This document shows, in pieces, positions 8,643 through 18,089 of a stretch of DNA of 64,000 nt. A program made the translations under genes and the position numbers. The stretch is from Bacillales bacterium (lineage in GTDB: Bacteria > Bacillota > Bacilli > Bacillales > JAVBJX01), in contig JAVBJX010000026.1 of NCBI GenBank assembly GCA_031546705.1, positions 13,604 through 77,603 on the forward strand, in the 5' to 3' direction. The stretch's first letter is position 1. The number at the start of each line of letters is the position of its first letter. The notes beneath the pieces were generated by a model. The model did not search any database, was not told the DNA's origin, and worked only from the letters and a program-made list of their open reading frames with translations.

Positions 8643-11585
8643 CTATTTCACAGCATACACGACTAGCTTACTCTTATTTTGTGAGGCATCTATCACCTGA
8701 ACCGAAATAAATGTACCTTTCCTTTGTTTTCCAATATTGAAAGAAAACAGTTGTGTACTAGTAGCTTTTGTTGTATATGTTTTACTTCCTAGTTTGATTA
8801 TTACTTGACTGTTTGCCTCAGCCTTTCCTGATAACAAAGTGCTTTTGGTTGTAAACAAATTAATACTAGCTTGTAATGGTGGTGTGACATCTTTAACAGT
8901 AATTGTTTTTTCAATGGTTCCACCGTCTGTTTCAGCAGATATTGTTACAATGGTTCCTGCTTTTAATAGGGAAGTACTGAAAGAAAATGTTTCTTTATCT
9001 GTTATTTTGGTTGTTCTAAAAATTACATTTCCTATTTTTACTGTAATAATTGCTTCACTTGTCCCACGACCTGTAATCGTTTTACTTACGTCCGTAATTG
9101 GATTGACTTGTAGGAAAGGAGGTTCTTTTACGACAAGTGGATCATATTCTTTTACTGTTCCTTCATTTGTAAAAATTGTATTTGTGGTGGGACCAAGTTT
9201 CATATCCTGATCTTTTTTTGTTGTATCAATAAGGAGTGAGTTTGTGCTTAAGTCAATAAGATTTGCTCTACTCATCTGTTCATTTGTTTCACCAAGAAGA
9301 AGGATATTATTTTTAGAAATGTCAATGCTTGTTACATTAGCTAGATTTGTATGGATGGTTTGATTTGTAGTTTCATAACCTTGTTCCACATTGTAAACGC
9401 CATTGATTCCATCACCAACAACAATTAATTGTTTGTTATCTTCTGTATAGGCAAAACTTGTATCATAGTAGCCTGAAAAATGGAGGTCATGAAGTTTCGC
9501 ACCTGTATCAAGACTTTGAATGTGCAGGTTACGTTGTTCATCATTTTGCAAAGAATAAAGCATAATGGCTAATGATTGGTTTGTTTCATTTATAGCTAAT
9601 TGGTGGATAGACCAGTTAGGAAAATTAAACTTTTGTGTTTCGCTTATATCAGACATATCAAAGTAAACAACGGAACCTTGTGAGTTTCCTGTTATGAGGG
9701 TCGCACTGTCTTGGGTAAATAAATAATCGGTAAATTCTCCTTCTATTTGTGTAACTGTCCAATGTTTATTTACATCCCAAATAAGGATTTGTTGGTCGAA
9801 TAAAAGGGCGACTTTTGTACCATCAGAACTAATTCGTACATTTTTAGGTGTGTCTTCAATATAAGTAGTTGTCGGTAACTTTTCTCCCGTTGTCATATCC
9901 CAAAGAAAAACGTCACTGTTTGTTTCATGAGTAACAGGATCAATTGCTTTGTTTATGGTAACCATCCATTTTCCGTTATCACTTATATCCATTGAAGTTG
10001 TATTTTCTGTTTGTGTCCATATCTTTTTTACTTTTAGTCTATCTTCACGATAGATAGGGTAACTTTTTGCTTTTACTGTAACAATAATAGAATCGCTTTT
10101 TAAGCCAAAATTATCCTCCGCAACTAATTTAAGTTCACTACCTATTTTCGCAGAAATCGGTATAGAAAATGGAACAGTGGAGAGGTCGCTTCCTTTTGGT
10201 GTTGTCGTTGTCAGTGTATGACCATCTGCAAATGTTGCTGTTATTTTACTGTTTGGTGTTGCTTGCCCAGTAATCTTCTCCTCTGTACTAGTAGCGGTCA
10301 GTTGCACATTATATCCATTTGGCAAAACAGCAAATGTAAAACGTGGCAAAGCGTACGAACCAATAGAGATACGCCCATCCGCTGTAACAATTTGCTTTCC
10401 ATTATTTGTAAAAGGAATACTACCATCTACGAACTCAGAAGTTGCTGTAAGATTTCTTTTAAAATGATAATCTTCATAATTATAAATAAGGTCATCTAGT
10501 TTTGCTAGATTTGTAATATTTTTCGTTTGTCCATCAAACATGTTTGCGTTGACTTGTATATTTTTTGTTTCGTTTGCTGTAAATGCTTGTTTTTGTGGTG
10601 TAACAGTTATAGATGAAAATACTTTAAAAAATTCAACTATATAAGTAATTGTGGCAAAAGAGCCATCTAGTTTTTGTAACCCTTCAATTGTCACATTGAA
10701 TGTATCACCATCTTGAATGAGTTGGTCATCTGGGCGGAAAATAATACAATTTCCAATACCAAATCCTTCTTCATTGACATAAAATATCCCATCACTTTGT
10801 CCTTTGCTAAAATTCCATGTTTTGTTATCCCTTGGTCTGGTGAGTGTAACAGAAATATTTTCGGCATGAGGTTGTGTATATAGAGTCGGATTTACAGTAA
10901 CAGACCATGGAAACTGCTTACCAAATGATTCAAGTGGCATATACCCAGCACTTGGAAAAGCAATATAATCATAACGTACAGATTCATTTCGACTCGTATC
11001 AAAAATTTGCATAGCGGTCATAGTATCAGCAAAACCAAATCCTGTTTTTTGTAAATCTGGATTTAAAATCCAGCGACGATGTCCAAGTTCTGGAATATTT
11101 ACTGAGTCGCCATCATTCATATAGCCATCAACGACGGAAGAATAAATGGATGCATATCCTTTTCCGATATTACTAGAGGAGGTAGATTCGTAACCTGCAC
11201 GATAAAATTCATCAGACATCCAAAGCGGTTTATTTGGATGATGGCTAAACTCTCCGCTAATAGCCAAAAGAAGAGCTCCATATTGTGCTTGAACATTTAA
11301 TTGCTCATCTATCTGAATATCATCAGGAAGATTTGCTAAGTAACGAGCAAAATTTGTTGCCTTCAATCCATCTTGTAAGGCGGAGTCATCCAGTTTTCCG
11401 ATAGATGGATTTTTTTCATCTATATGAGGTGTCTCTACATAGATTTGCTTAGAAGTTGGTAATGAGTCTATATATTTTTTTGCAATCTGTTCTTTGGAAT
11501 CATTAACCGCATGAACAGGAGAAGCAAGAGAGAAGGAAATGCTTATTAAAAAAAATAAAATACATTTTTTAAACAAAAAAATCAC
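8643..11585 (-). CDS. large secreted protein: CAP/SCP(PR-1-like) domain + beta-propeller-like repeats + C-terminal Ig-like repeats
   Basis: GTG start with signal peptide MIFLFKKCILFFLISISFSLASPVHA. CAP-type signature GHRRWILNPDLQKTGFGF. The centre has repeated blade-like motifs (ISDNGKWMVT, SSDGTKVALL, FTQDSATLITG). The C-terminus has two ~75-aa Ig-like repeats (TITGRGTSEAIITVKIG..., LLSGKAEANSQVIIKLGSK...). Confidence 0.65.
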   Translation of the reverse strand: MIFLFKKCILFFLISISFSLASPVHAVNDSKEQIAKKYIDSLPTSKQIYVETPHIDEKNPSIGKLDDSALQDGLKATNFARYLANLPDDIQIDEQLNVQAQYGALLLAISGEFSHHPNKPLWMSDEFYRAGYESTSSSNIGKGYASIYSSVVDGYMNDGDSVNIPELGHRRWILNPDLQKTGFGFADTMTAMQIFDTSRNESVRYDYIAFPSAGYMPLESFGKQFPWSVTVNPTLYTQPHAENISVTLTRPRDNKTWNFSKGQSDGIFYVNEEGFGIGNCIIFRPDDQLIQDGDTFNVTIEGLQKLDGSFATITYIVEFFKVFSSITVTPQKQAFTANETKNIQVNANMFDGQTKNITNLAKLDDLIYNYEDYHFKRNLTATSEFVDGSIPFTNNGKQIVTADGRISIGSYALPRFTFAVLPNGYNVQLTATSTEEKITGQATPNSKITATFADGHTLTTTTPKGSDLSTVPFSIPISAKIGSELKLVAEDNFGLKSDSIIVTVKAKSYPIYREDRLKVKKIWTQTENTTSMDISDNGKWMVTINKAIDPVTHETNSDVFLWDMTTGEKLPTTTYIEDTPKNVRISSDGTKVALLFDQQILIWDVNKHWTVTQIEGEFTDYLFTQDSATLITGNSQGSVVYFDMSDISETQKFNFPNWSIHQLAINETNQSLAIMLYSLQNDEQRNLHIQSLDTGAKLHDLHFSGYYDTSFAYTEDNKQLIVVGDGINGVYNVEQGYETTNQTIHTNLANVTSIDISKNNILLLGETNEQMSRANLIDLSTNSLLIDTTKKDQDMKLGPTTNTIFTNEGTVKEYDPLVVKEPPFLQVNPITDVSKTITGRGTSEAIITVKIGNVIFRTTKITDKETFSFSTSLLKAGTIVTISAETDGGTIEKTITVKDVTPPLQASINLFTTKSTLLSGKAEANSQVIIKLGSKTYTTKATSTQLFSFNIGKQRKGTFISVQVIDASQNKSKLVVYAVK

Positions 11586-11652
11586 CTAACTTTCTTAGAA
11601 TTCTTTCTACTAGTTTACAATTGTCTGAGAAGAGAAGCAACTTAATTAGATT

Positions 11653-11693
11653 TTTAAGTCTATATTGCATTGTTAATTCTAAATAGACTTAAA
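11653..11693. promoter_or_regulatory. 11-bp perfect inverted repeat, candidate enhancer (UAS) for the gabT sigma-54 promoter
   Basis: TTTAAGTCTAT (11653-11663), N19, ATAGACTTAAA (11683-11693). The centre lies ~91 bp upstream of the -24 GG. Confidence 0.45.
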
Positions 11694-11762
11694 GAAAAAC
11701 AAAAAATTAGTTAGCGTTTACATTTTCAAATATAAATAAACGATAAAAATAAATTATTAAGT

Positions 11763-11778
11763 TGGCACGTTTTATGCA
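11763..11778 (+). promoter_or_regulatory. sigma-54 (-24/-12) promoter of gabT
   Basis: TGGCACGTTTTATGCA with exact GG-N10-GC spacing, 47 nt upstream of the gabT ATG. Two sigma-54 activator genes lie in the same island. Confidence 0.78.
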
Positions 11779-11824
11779 TAAACATATATTTTGAAATATA
11801 TTTTTTAGAGAAAGGGAGAAAAGT

Positions 11825-13129
11825 ATGTCGAAATCAGCAGATTTATTAAAAAGAAGACAAGCAATTGTTGCTCAAGGAGTAAGTTTTGGGAATAGTTCTT
11901 TTGCTGAAACAGCAGAAGGAGCTATTATTACAAGTGTTGATGGTAAAGAGTTTATTGATTTTGCCGCTGGAATTGGCGTAATGAATGTTGGACATAGTCA
12001 TCCGAAAGTCAAAGAAGCACTTCACAAACAAGTAGACCTTTTTACACACACAAGTTTTAACGTAATGATGTATGAATCATACATTGAACTTGCTGAAAGA
12101 CTAGTGAAATTAACACCGGGGGATATGGCGAAGAAAGTAATGTTTTTAAATAGTGGAGCGGAAGCAGTTGAAAACGCTGTCAAAATTGCTCGCAAATATA
12201 CCAAACGTCCAGCTATTATTTCATTCGCTAGAGGGTTTCACGGAAGAACGTTGCTTACAATGACTATGACTGGAAAAGTGAAACCATATAAATATGAATT
12301 TGGTCCATTTGCTCCAGAAGTGTACAAAGCTCCATATCATTATCCTTATCGCCGTCCAGCACATATGACGGAAGAGCAATATGAACAAGAAACAATAGAT
12401 CAATTTAAAGATTTACTTTTACATGAAATTTCTCCAGAAATAATCGCAGCAGTAGTAATGGAATCTGTTCAAGGCGAAGGTGGTTTTATTGTTCCTTCCA
12501 AAAGATTTGTTCAAGAAGTAGCGGCTTTCTGTAAAGAACATGGTATTTTATTTATTGCTGATGAAATTCAAACTGGTTTTGGTAGAACAGGAAAAATGTT
12601 TGCAATGGAACATTATGAGGTTGTTCCAGATTTAATGACAATCGCTAAATCACTTGCGGCAGGTCTTCCACTCAGTGGTGTTGTTGGTCGTGCGGAAGTG
12701 ATGGATGCGGCAAATCCAGGTGAATTAGGTGGAACATATTCAGGAAATCCACTTGGTTGTCAAGCGGCATTAGCTGTTCTTGATATTATTGAAGAAGAAA
12801 AATTACTTGATCGTGCTGTACAGATAGGTGAAACAACAATAGCTCAGTTTAATAAATGGCAACAACAATTTAAACAAGTAGACGGCGTTCGTGGACTTGG
12901 GGCAATGTGTGCCTTTGAAATTGTGAAAGACAAGGAAACAAAAGAGCCAGATGGAGCTTTAACGAAAAAAATTATCGCAGAAGCAAATGAAAAAGGCTTA
13001 TTAATAATTAGTGCAGGAACATACGGAAATGTTGTTCGTTTGTTAATGCCGCTTGTTATTACAGATGAGCAATTACAAAAAGGATTTGCTATTTTAGAAG
13101 ACGTAATGAGTCAATATATGACAAAGTAA
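11825..13129 (+). CDS. gabT: 4-aminobutyrate (omega-amino acid) aminotransferase, class III PLP
   Basis: 434 aa with GIGVMNVGHSHPKV, DEIQTGFGRTGKMFA and PLP-lysine context TIAKSL. It is followed by a succinate-semialdehyde dehydrogenase gene. Confidence 0.88.
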   Translation: MSKSADLLKRRQAIVAQGVSFGNSSFAETAEGAIITSVDGKEFIDFAAGIGVMNVGHSHPKVKEALHKQVDLFTHTSFNVMMYESYIELAERLVKLTPGDMAKKVMFLNSGAEAVENAVKIARKYTKRPAIISFARGFHGRTLLTMTMTGKVKPYKYEFGPFAPEVYKAPYHYPYRRPAHMTEEQYEQETIDQFKDLLLHEISPEIIAAVVMESVQGEGGFIVPSKRFVQEVAAFCKEHGILFIADEIQTGFGRTGKMFAMEHYEVVPDLMTIAKSLAAGLPLSGVVGRAEVMDAANPGELGGTYSGNPLGCQAALAVLDIIEEEKLLDRAVQIGETTIAQFNKWQQQFKQVDGVRGLGAMCAFEIVKDKETKEPDGALTKKIIAEANEKGLLIISAGTYGNVVRLLMPLVITDEQLQKGFAILEDVMSQYMTK

Positions 13130-13346
13130 TCTTTAGGTAGAAAATATATAGAATTCTTTTTTTCGTGATTTATAAGGGATTGTGGCACTCTGTTTTGCTT
13201 TTAGCAAACACAATACTCCCAAAGTTAGGTGTTACTTTCCCAAATAATGATTGAATTTGAGGGTACTGTTATATTCAATGCTTAAAGAATTATTTGTCAT
13301 CTAAAATAAAATTCAGAAATATATCCCATTACAAGGAGTGTTACTC

Positions 13347-14759
13347 GTGAAACAAACACCAATGTATATTAATGGAGAGTGGATAACACTTGAGCAAGAA
13401 ATCCAAGTAAATAATCCTGCCACCAATGAAATTATTGCGACTGTTCCAAGAGCAGGAGCAGTAGAAGCAAAATTAGCAGTAGATGCCGCTTATGAAGCGT
13501 TTAAGGATTGGTCACAAAGAACAGCCGCTGATCGTGCAGCGTTACTTATGAAGTGGTTCCATCTTCTTGAAGAAAATTCAGAAGAAATTGCTCGCATTAT
13601 GACAATGGAACAAGGAAAACCACTGAAAGAATCTCGTGGCGAAATGACATATGCCAATAGTTTTATTAGTTGGTATGCTGAAGAAGGAAAAAGAATTTAT
13701 GGAGAAATAATTCCAGCATCTGTAACTACGAAACGCCTATTTGTTCACAAACAACCAATTGGAGTTGTTGCTAATATTACACCGTGGAATTTCCCAGCGG
13801 CAATGATTACTCGTAAAGTAGGGCCAGCTCTTGCAGCGGGATGTACAACGGTTATTAAACCAGCAAGCCAAACACCACTTACAGCTTTCAAAATGGTTGA
13901 GCTTGCCGAAAAAGCAGGAATTCCAAAAGGTGTTATTAACATCATTACAGGAGATTCAAAAGCAATTGGTAATACGTGGATGGCAGATAGTCGTGTAAGA
14001 AAAGTTTCGTTCACTGGCTCAACCGAAATTGGGAAGTTATTAATGCGTCAAGCGGCAGATACAGTGAAAAAAGTAGCACTTGAGTTAGGTGGACATGCTC
14101 CATGTATCGTAACAAAAAATGCCAATATTGATAAAGCTGTTGCAGGAGCAATTGCTTCTAAATTCCGTAATGCAGGTCAAACTTGTGTTTGTACAAACCG
14201 TATTTATGTTCACGAATCAATCGCTGAGGAATTTTCTAAGAAATTCGCTGAAGCTACAGAGAAGTTATGTGTTGGAAATGGTTTGGAAGACGGAACAGAT
14301 GTTGGACCGATGATTGATGAAATAGCTGTAGGCAAAGTACAAGAACAAATTGAAGATGCGAAAGCAAAAGGAGCAACTGTTTTAGTTGAAGGTTCAGCAA
14401 ACGGATCGTTTATGACACCTACTGTTATTAGCAATGTCACAGATGAAATGCTTTGTATGACGGAAGAAACATTTGGCCCACTTGCACCAATCGCTACATT
14501 TAAAACAAAAGAAGAAGCTGTTGAGCGAGCAAATAATACACCATTTGGTCTAGCGGCATATGTATTCTCTGAAAATATTAGTGAAGCAATTTACATTGCG
14601 GAAAATCTTGAATATGGGATTGTTGGTTTAAATGATGGATTGCCATCAACTGTTCAAGCGCCATTTGGTGGATTTAAAGAGAGCGGACTAGGTCGTGAAG
14701 GTAGCCATTTTGGAATTGAAGACTTCTTGGAAATTAAGTATATTTCATTAGGTTTATAG
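13347..14759 (+). CDS. gabD: succinate-semialdehyde dehydrogenase (NAD(P)+)
   Basis: ALDH family with ELGGHAP and catalytic Cys context FRNAGQTCVCTNR. The likely start is GTG 13347, 8 nt after AAGGAG; the track ORF begins at 13338. Confidence 0.88.
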   Translation: MKQTPMYINGEWITLEQEIQVNNPATNEIIATVPRAGAVEAKLAVDAAYEAFKDWSQRTAADRAALLMKWFHLLEENSEEIARIMTMEQGKPLKESRGEMTYANSFISWYAEEGKRIYGEIIPASVTTKRLFVHKQPIGVVANITPWNFPAAMITRKVGPALAAGCTTVIKPASQTPLTAFKMVELAEKAGIPKGVINIITGDSKAIGNTWMADSRVRKVSFTGSTEIGKLLMRQAADTVKKVALELGGHAPCIVTKNANIDKAVAGAIASKFRNAGQTCVCTNRIYVHESIAEEFSKKFAEATEKLCVGNGLEDGTDVGPMIDEIAVGKVQEQIEDAKAKGATVLVEGSANGSFMTPTVISNVTDEMLCMTEETFGPLAPIATFKTKEEAVERANNTPFGLAAYVFSENISEAIYIAENLEYGIVGLNDGLPSTVQAPFGGFKESGLGREGSHFGIEDFLEIKYISLGL

Positions 14760-14825
14760 GTTTTATTATTTGCTAGTTTAGAAGCGGTTACGATATTTAA
14801 ATCATTTCTCAGATATTTATTAATG

Positions 14826-14929
14826 CAGTCTATATAGACGGTAAAAAAGATTTCATGGATCGAACACGAGTAGTTCTAAGGTTTATATTTTCGTTTCAAT
14901 GAAAACAATATTACCGTCTATACAGTCTA
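14826..14929. mobile_element. MITE-like element: 90 bp with 12-bp perfect terminal inverted repeats and a 7-bp direct duplication
   Basis: CAGTCTA [TATAGACGGTAA ...66 bp... TTACCGTCTATA] CAGTCTA. TIRs lie at 14833-14844 and 14911-14922, flanking repeats at 14826-14832 and 14923-14929. A diverged second copy lies at 40605-40711. Confidence 0.7.
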
Positions 14930-15423
14930 TATACAACTGATTTATATTTTTGACATAAGGAATACGAGAGTCCAAACTTGCGAATAATGGCCCGTGGAAT
15001 CGTAGAGATATGTGATTTTCATCTGCTTCTTTTTCAGTCGTTATGTATGGACATAGTTAAGGCATGACGACTGTATTAATCGGTTGTATATAGCTGCGTA
15101 TTTTTGGAATATGGGTACTTATTGCAACAAGATAATTTGTGTAAAAAGAACGAAACAAAAGCTAATTTCGGAATAGTTTTATAAATACAACCGAAAACAT
15201 GTAAACCATATTGATTCGGTCAGATCCATTCTGTTGAGAAGAATGAATATTCGATTTTATCTTTAACAGTAAATCCTTCGTGGTAACTCAGTGTGATTTT
15301 TGATGTTCAATAAGTATTTTTAAAAATTATAGTAGAAATCACCGACTCTATTTTGTGAATTAGAGGATTATTTCCGAGTGAAGAAAAAACCAATAAAATA
15401 GAATTATAGCTGTTTGGTGCAAG

Positions 15424-15446
15424 AATTAATGCTAGTAGCATTAATT
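15424..15446. promoter_or_regulatory. perfect 11-1-11 palindrome upstream of the ureohydrolase gene (candidate operator/UAS)
   Basis: AATTAATGCTA g TAGCATTAATT, ~115 bp upstream of ATG 15562. Confidence 0.4.
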
Positions 15447-15561
15447 TCTTATATTCTCAAATAATTAAAAATAAATTATTGAAAGAGATAGAGATATTGA
15501 GCAATATATAGGACATTTTTATTCAATTAAGTTTTTACGAAAATTTAGGAGGAAGCCATTC

Positions 15562-16521
15562 ATGATAAAGTATATGCCAAAAGATTCTTTTCAATCCCCA
15601 CGTTTTTGTGGAGTCCGCACATTTATGAGACTTCCTTATATAGAGCAAGTAGATGAGCATATGGATTTTGTTGTTACAGGAGTTCCGTTTGACACGGGTC
15701 AATCTTTTAGAACTGGTGCAAGATTTGGTCCAGAAGCTATCCGTGATTTTTCGATGCTTTTACGTCCATACAATCCAGAGCAAAATATTAACGTGTTTGA
15801 TTACATTTCTGGGGTTGATTATGGTGATATTTCTGTTGTACCAGGCTATATTGCTGAAACGTATGAAAAAATCGAAGCTGGACTTACACCAGTTGTTGAT
15901 GCAGGAATTATCCCGATTACATTAGGTGGAGATCATTCAATAACTTTAGGAGAATTACGGGCAATTGCTAAGAAGCACGGTCCCGTAGCATTACTCCAAT
16001 TTGATGCACATTCGGATACATGGGATAGCTATTTTGAAAAAAAATATAACCATGGTACGGTCATGCGTAGAGCAATCGAAGAAGGGCTTATTGATGTATC
16101 ACGTTCAATTCAAGTTGGAATGCGTGGAGGTTTATACGGACCAGAAGACCTTCAAAATGCACGTGATTTAGGATTGGAATTATTTACAACAAACGAATAT
16201 AAAAAATTAGGTGTTCCTAAAATGCTAGAGATTATTCATGAGCGTATAGGAAAAGGTCCAACATTTTTGTCATTTGATATTGACTTTTTAGACCCAATTT
16301 ATGCACCAGGGACAGGAACACCAGAAGTTTCAGGGGCGAGTATTGATGATGCTCTAGCTTTTGTCCGAGGTTTAGTTGGAATTGATTTCGTTGGATTTGA
16401 TCTTGTGGAAGTGCTTCCTGCTTATGATCATGGTCAAATAACCGCTGCTGCGGCTTCAAATATTGTCTATGAATTTATTACTCTTATTGCTATTGCTAAA
16501 AAAGAGAGTCAGGGTAAATAA
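15562..16521 (+). CDS. agmatinase / guanidinobutyrase-type ureohydrolase
   Basis: Arginase-fold Mn-binding motifs GGDHSIT, DAHSDTW and SFDIDFLDP..GTGTPE. N-terminus FCGVRTFMRLPY is typical of the agmatinase/guanidino-acid hydrolase branch. Confidence 0.85.
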   Translation: MIKYMPKDSFQSPRFCGVRTFMRLPYIEQVDEHMDFVVTGVPFDTGQSFRTGARFGPEAIRDFSMLLRPYNPEQNINVFDYISGVDYGDISVVPGYIAETYEKIEAGLTPVVDAGIIPITLGGDHSITLGELRAIAKKHGPVALLQFDAHSDTWDSYFEKKYNHGTVMRRAIEEGLIDVSRSIQVGMRGGLYGPEDLQNARDLGLELFTTNEYKKLGVPKMLEIIHERIGKGPTFLSFDIDFLDPIYAPGTGTPEVSGASIDDALAFVRGLVGIDFVGFDLVEVLPAYDHGQITAAAASNIVYEFITLIAIAKKESQGK

Positions 16522-16694
16522 TTAAGGAGGAGACAATCTACTCACCAATCTGCATAATTTTTTGTGCATCTGATTGTTTTTCAGAGTATGTCTTCTCCAA
16601 TCTTAAGAGATTTTTTTCAGTAAATTTAATATTTATTGATGTGTAATACTTAATTGGATATACAGATATTTTTAAAAAATAAGGAGGAAAACCT

Positions 16695-18089
16695 ATGCAG
16701 TTTGTTGATATTCTTATCATGTTAATTTATTTTGGTGTACTAATTTTTATAGGTTTTCTTGGCTCAAGACGAGCAAAAACTTCCAATGAGTATATTGTAG
16801 CTGGGCGGAACTTAGGATTTGTTATGTATCTAGGTTGTTTAGCAGCAGTTGTATTAGGTGGGGCATCCACAATTGGAACAACTAAACTTGGCTATCTATA
16901 TGGTATTTCAGGAGTATGGCTTGTTTGGATGTTAGGGCTGGGAATTCTAGCCATTGGTATGTTTCTTATTAAAAAAATATCTGGTTTGGAAGTCTTAACA
17001 ATTAGTGAACTGCTTGCAAATCGGTATGGCGAGAGAACAGGATTGGTTAGTGCTGTAGTAGCAGCTATTTATGCATTAATGGTAACGGTTACACAAGTAA
17101 TTGGAATGGGTACAATTTTGCATGTGTTACTTGGTTGGAATGAAGCTTTATCTATGGGTGTAGGTGGAGGAATTGTTGTTTTTTACACTATTTTAGGTGG
17201 TATGTGGTCTGTTACAATGACGGATATTGTACAATTCGTCATCAAGACTGTAGGTATTTTCTTTGTTATGTTACCACTTAGTTTATCAAAAGCAGGAGGG
17301 TTTGAGGGACTGAACAACCATCTTCCAGCAAGTTCTTTTAGTTTTACTACAATAGGTGCTAGTTCAATCATTCAATATTTTCTTTTGTTCTGTTTGGGAA
17401 CGATTGTAGGACAAGATATCTGGCAACGGATTTTCACGGCAAGAACAACTAAAATCGCTCGAGCAGGTACAATAGGTGCAGGTATCTATAGTGTTCTTTA
17501 TGCACTTGCTGTTAGTGTAATCGGTATGTCAGCAGCTGTTGTTCTTCCGAATCTAAAAGATCCACAAACTGCTTTTGCACATATGGCATTAGAAACATTA
17601 CCTCCAGGTATTTTGGGGCTTGTACTTGCTAGTGTAGTATCTGCACTCATGTCTACCTCTTCAGGGACGTTACTTGCTTCTTCAACATTAGTTGTAAACG
17701 ATATTATCAAACGTCATTTTGTTCCGAATATAGGGGAGCGTCAATTTCTGCTAGTATCAAGGATAACTACAACGATCATTGGAATAATAACGATTGTGTG
17801 TTCTATTTGGATTCGAGATGTTCTTGTTGCATTAGATGTTGCTTATGCAGTTCTTTCAGGAGCGATTTTCTTTCCTATTATTCTCGGATTCTTTTGGAAG
17901 AGAACGACAGCGAATGCGGCATTTTATTCCATTTTGTTGAGTACAGTTGTTGTTCTAGTAGGTCTAGGAGTAAAAGGGGTAGCTTCCACAGATCCTATTA
18001 TTTATGGGCTTATAACAAGTGCGATTGTTATTGTTGCAGTTTCATATATGGATTCTAATAAGAACATAAGTGACACATACACAAGTTAG
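16695..18089 (+). CDS. sodium:solute symporter (SSF) family transporter
   Basis: 464 aa, ~13 predicted TM helices, SSF-like N-terminal region (GRNLGFVMYLGCLAAVVLGGASTIGT). AAGGAGG SD. Confidence 0.8.
   Translation: MQFVDILIMLIYFGVLIFIGFLGSRRAKTSNEYIVAGRNLGFVMYLGCLAAVVLGGASTIGTTKLGYLYGISGVWLVWMLGLGILAIGMFLIKKISGLEVLTISELLANRYGERTGLVSAVVAAIYALMVTVTQVIGMGTILHVLLGWNEALSMGVGGGIVVFYTILGGMWSVTMTDIVQFVIKTVGIFFVMLPLSLSKAGGFEGLNNHLPASSFSFTTIGASSIIQYFLLFCLGTIVGQDIWQRIFTARTTKIARAGTIGAGIYSVLYALAVSVIGMSAAVVLPNLKDPQTAFAHMALETLPPGILGLVLASVVSALMSTSSGTLLASSTLVVNDIIKRHFVPNIGERQFLLVSRITTTIIGIITIVCSIWIRDVLVALDVAYAVLSGAIFFPIILGFFWKRTTANAAFYSILLSTVVVLVGLGVKGVASTDPIIYGLITSAIVIVAVSYMDSNKNISDTYTS

Noticed and set aside
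15096-15125. Sigma-54-like sequence ATGGGTACTTATTGCA ~440 bp upstream of the ureohydrolase gene
   Set aside because: The GG-to-GC spacing is 8-9 nt instead of 10, and the -24 hexamer is TGGGTA rather than TGGCAC.
14760-15561. Guanidine (ykkC-type) or other riboswitch upstream of the guanidino-hydrolase gene
   Set aside because: None of the conserved ykkC, mini-ykkC or ykkC-III sequence blocks that I can recall are present. An Infernal scan would still be needed for certainty.
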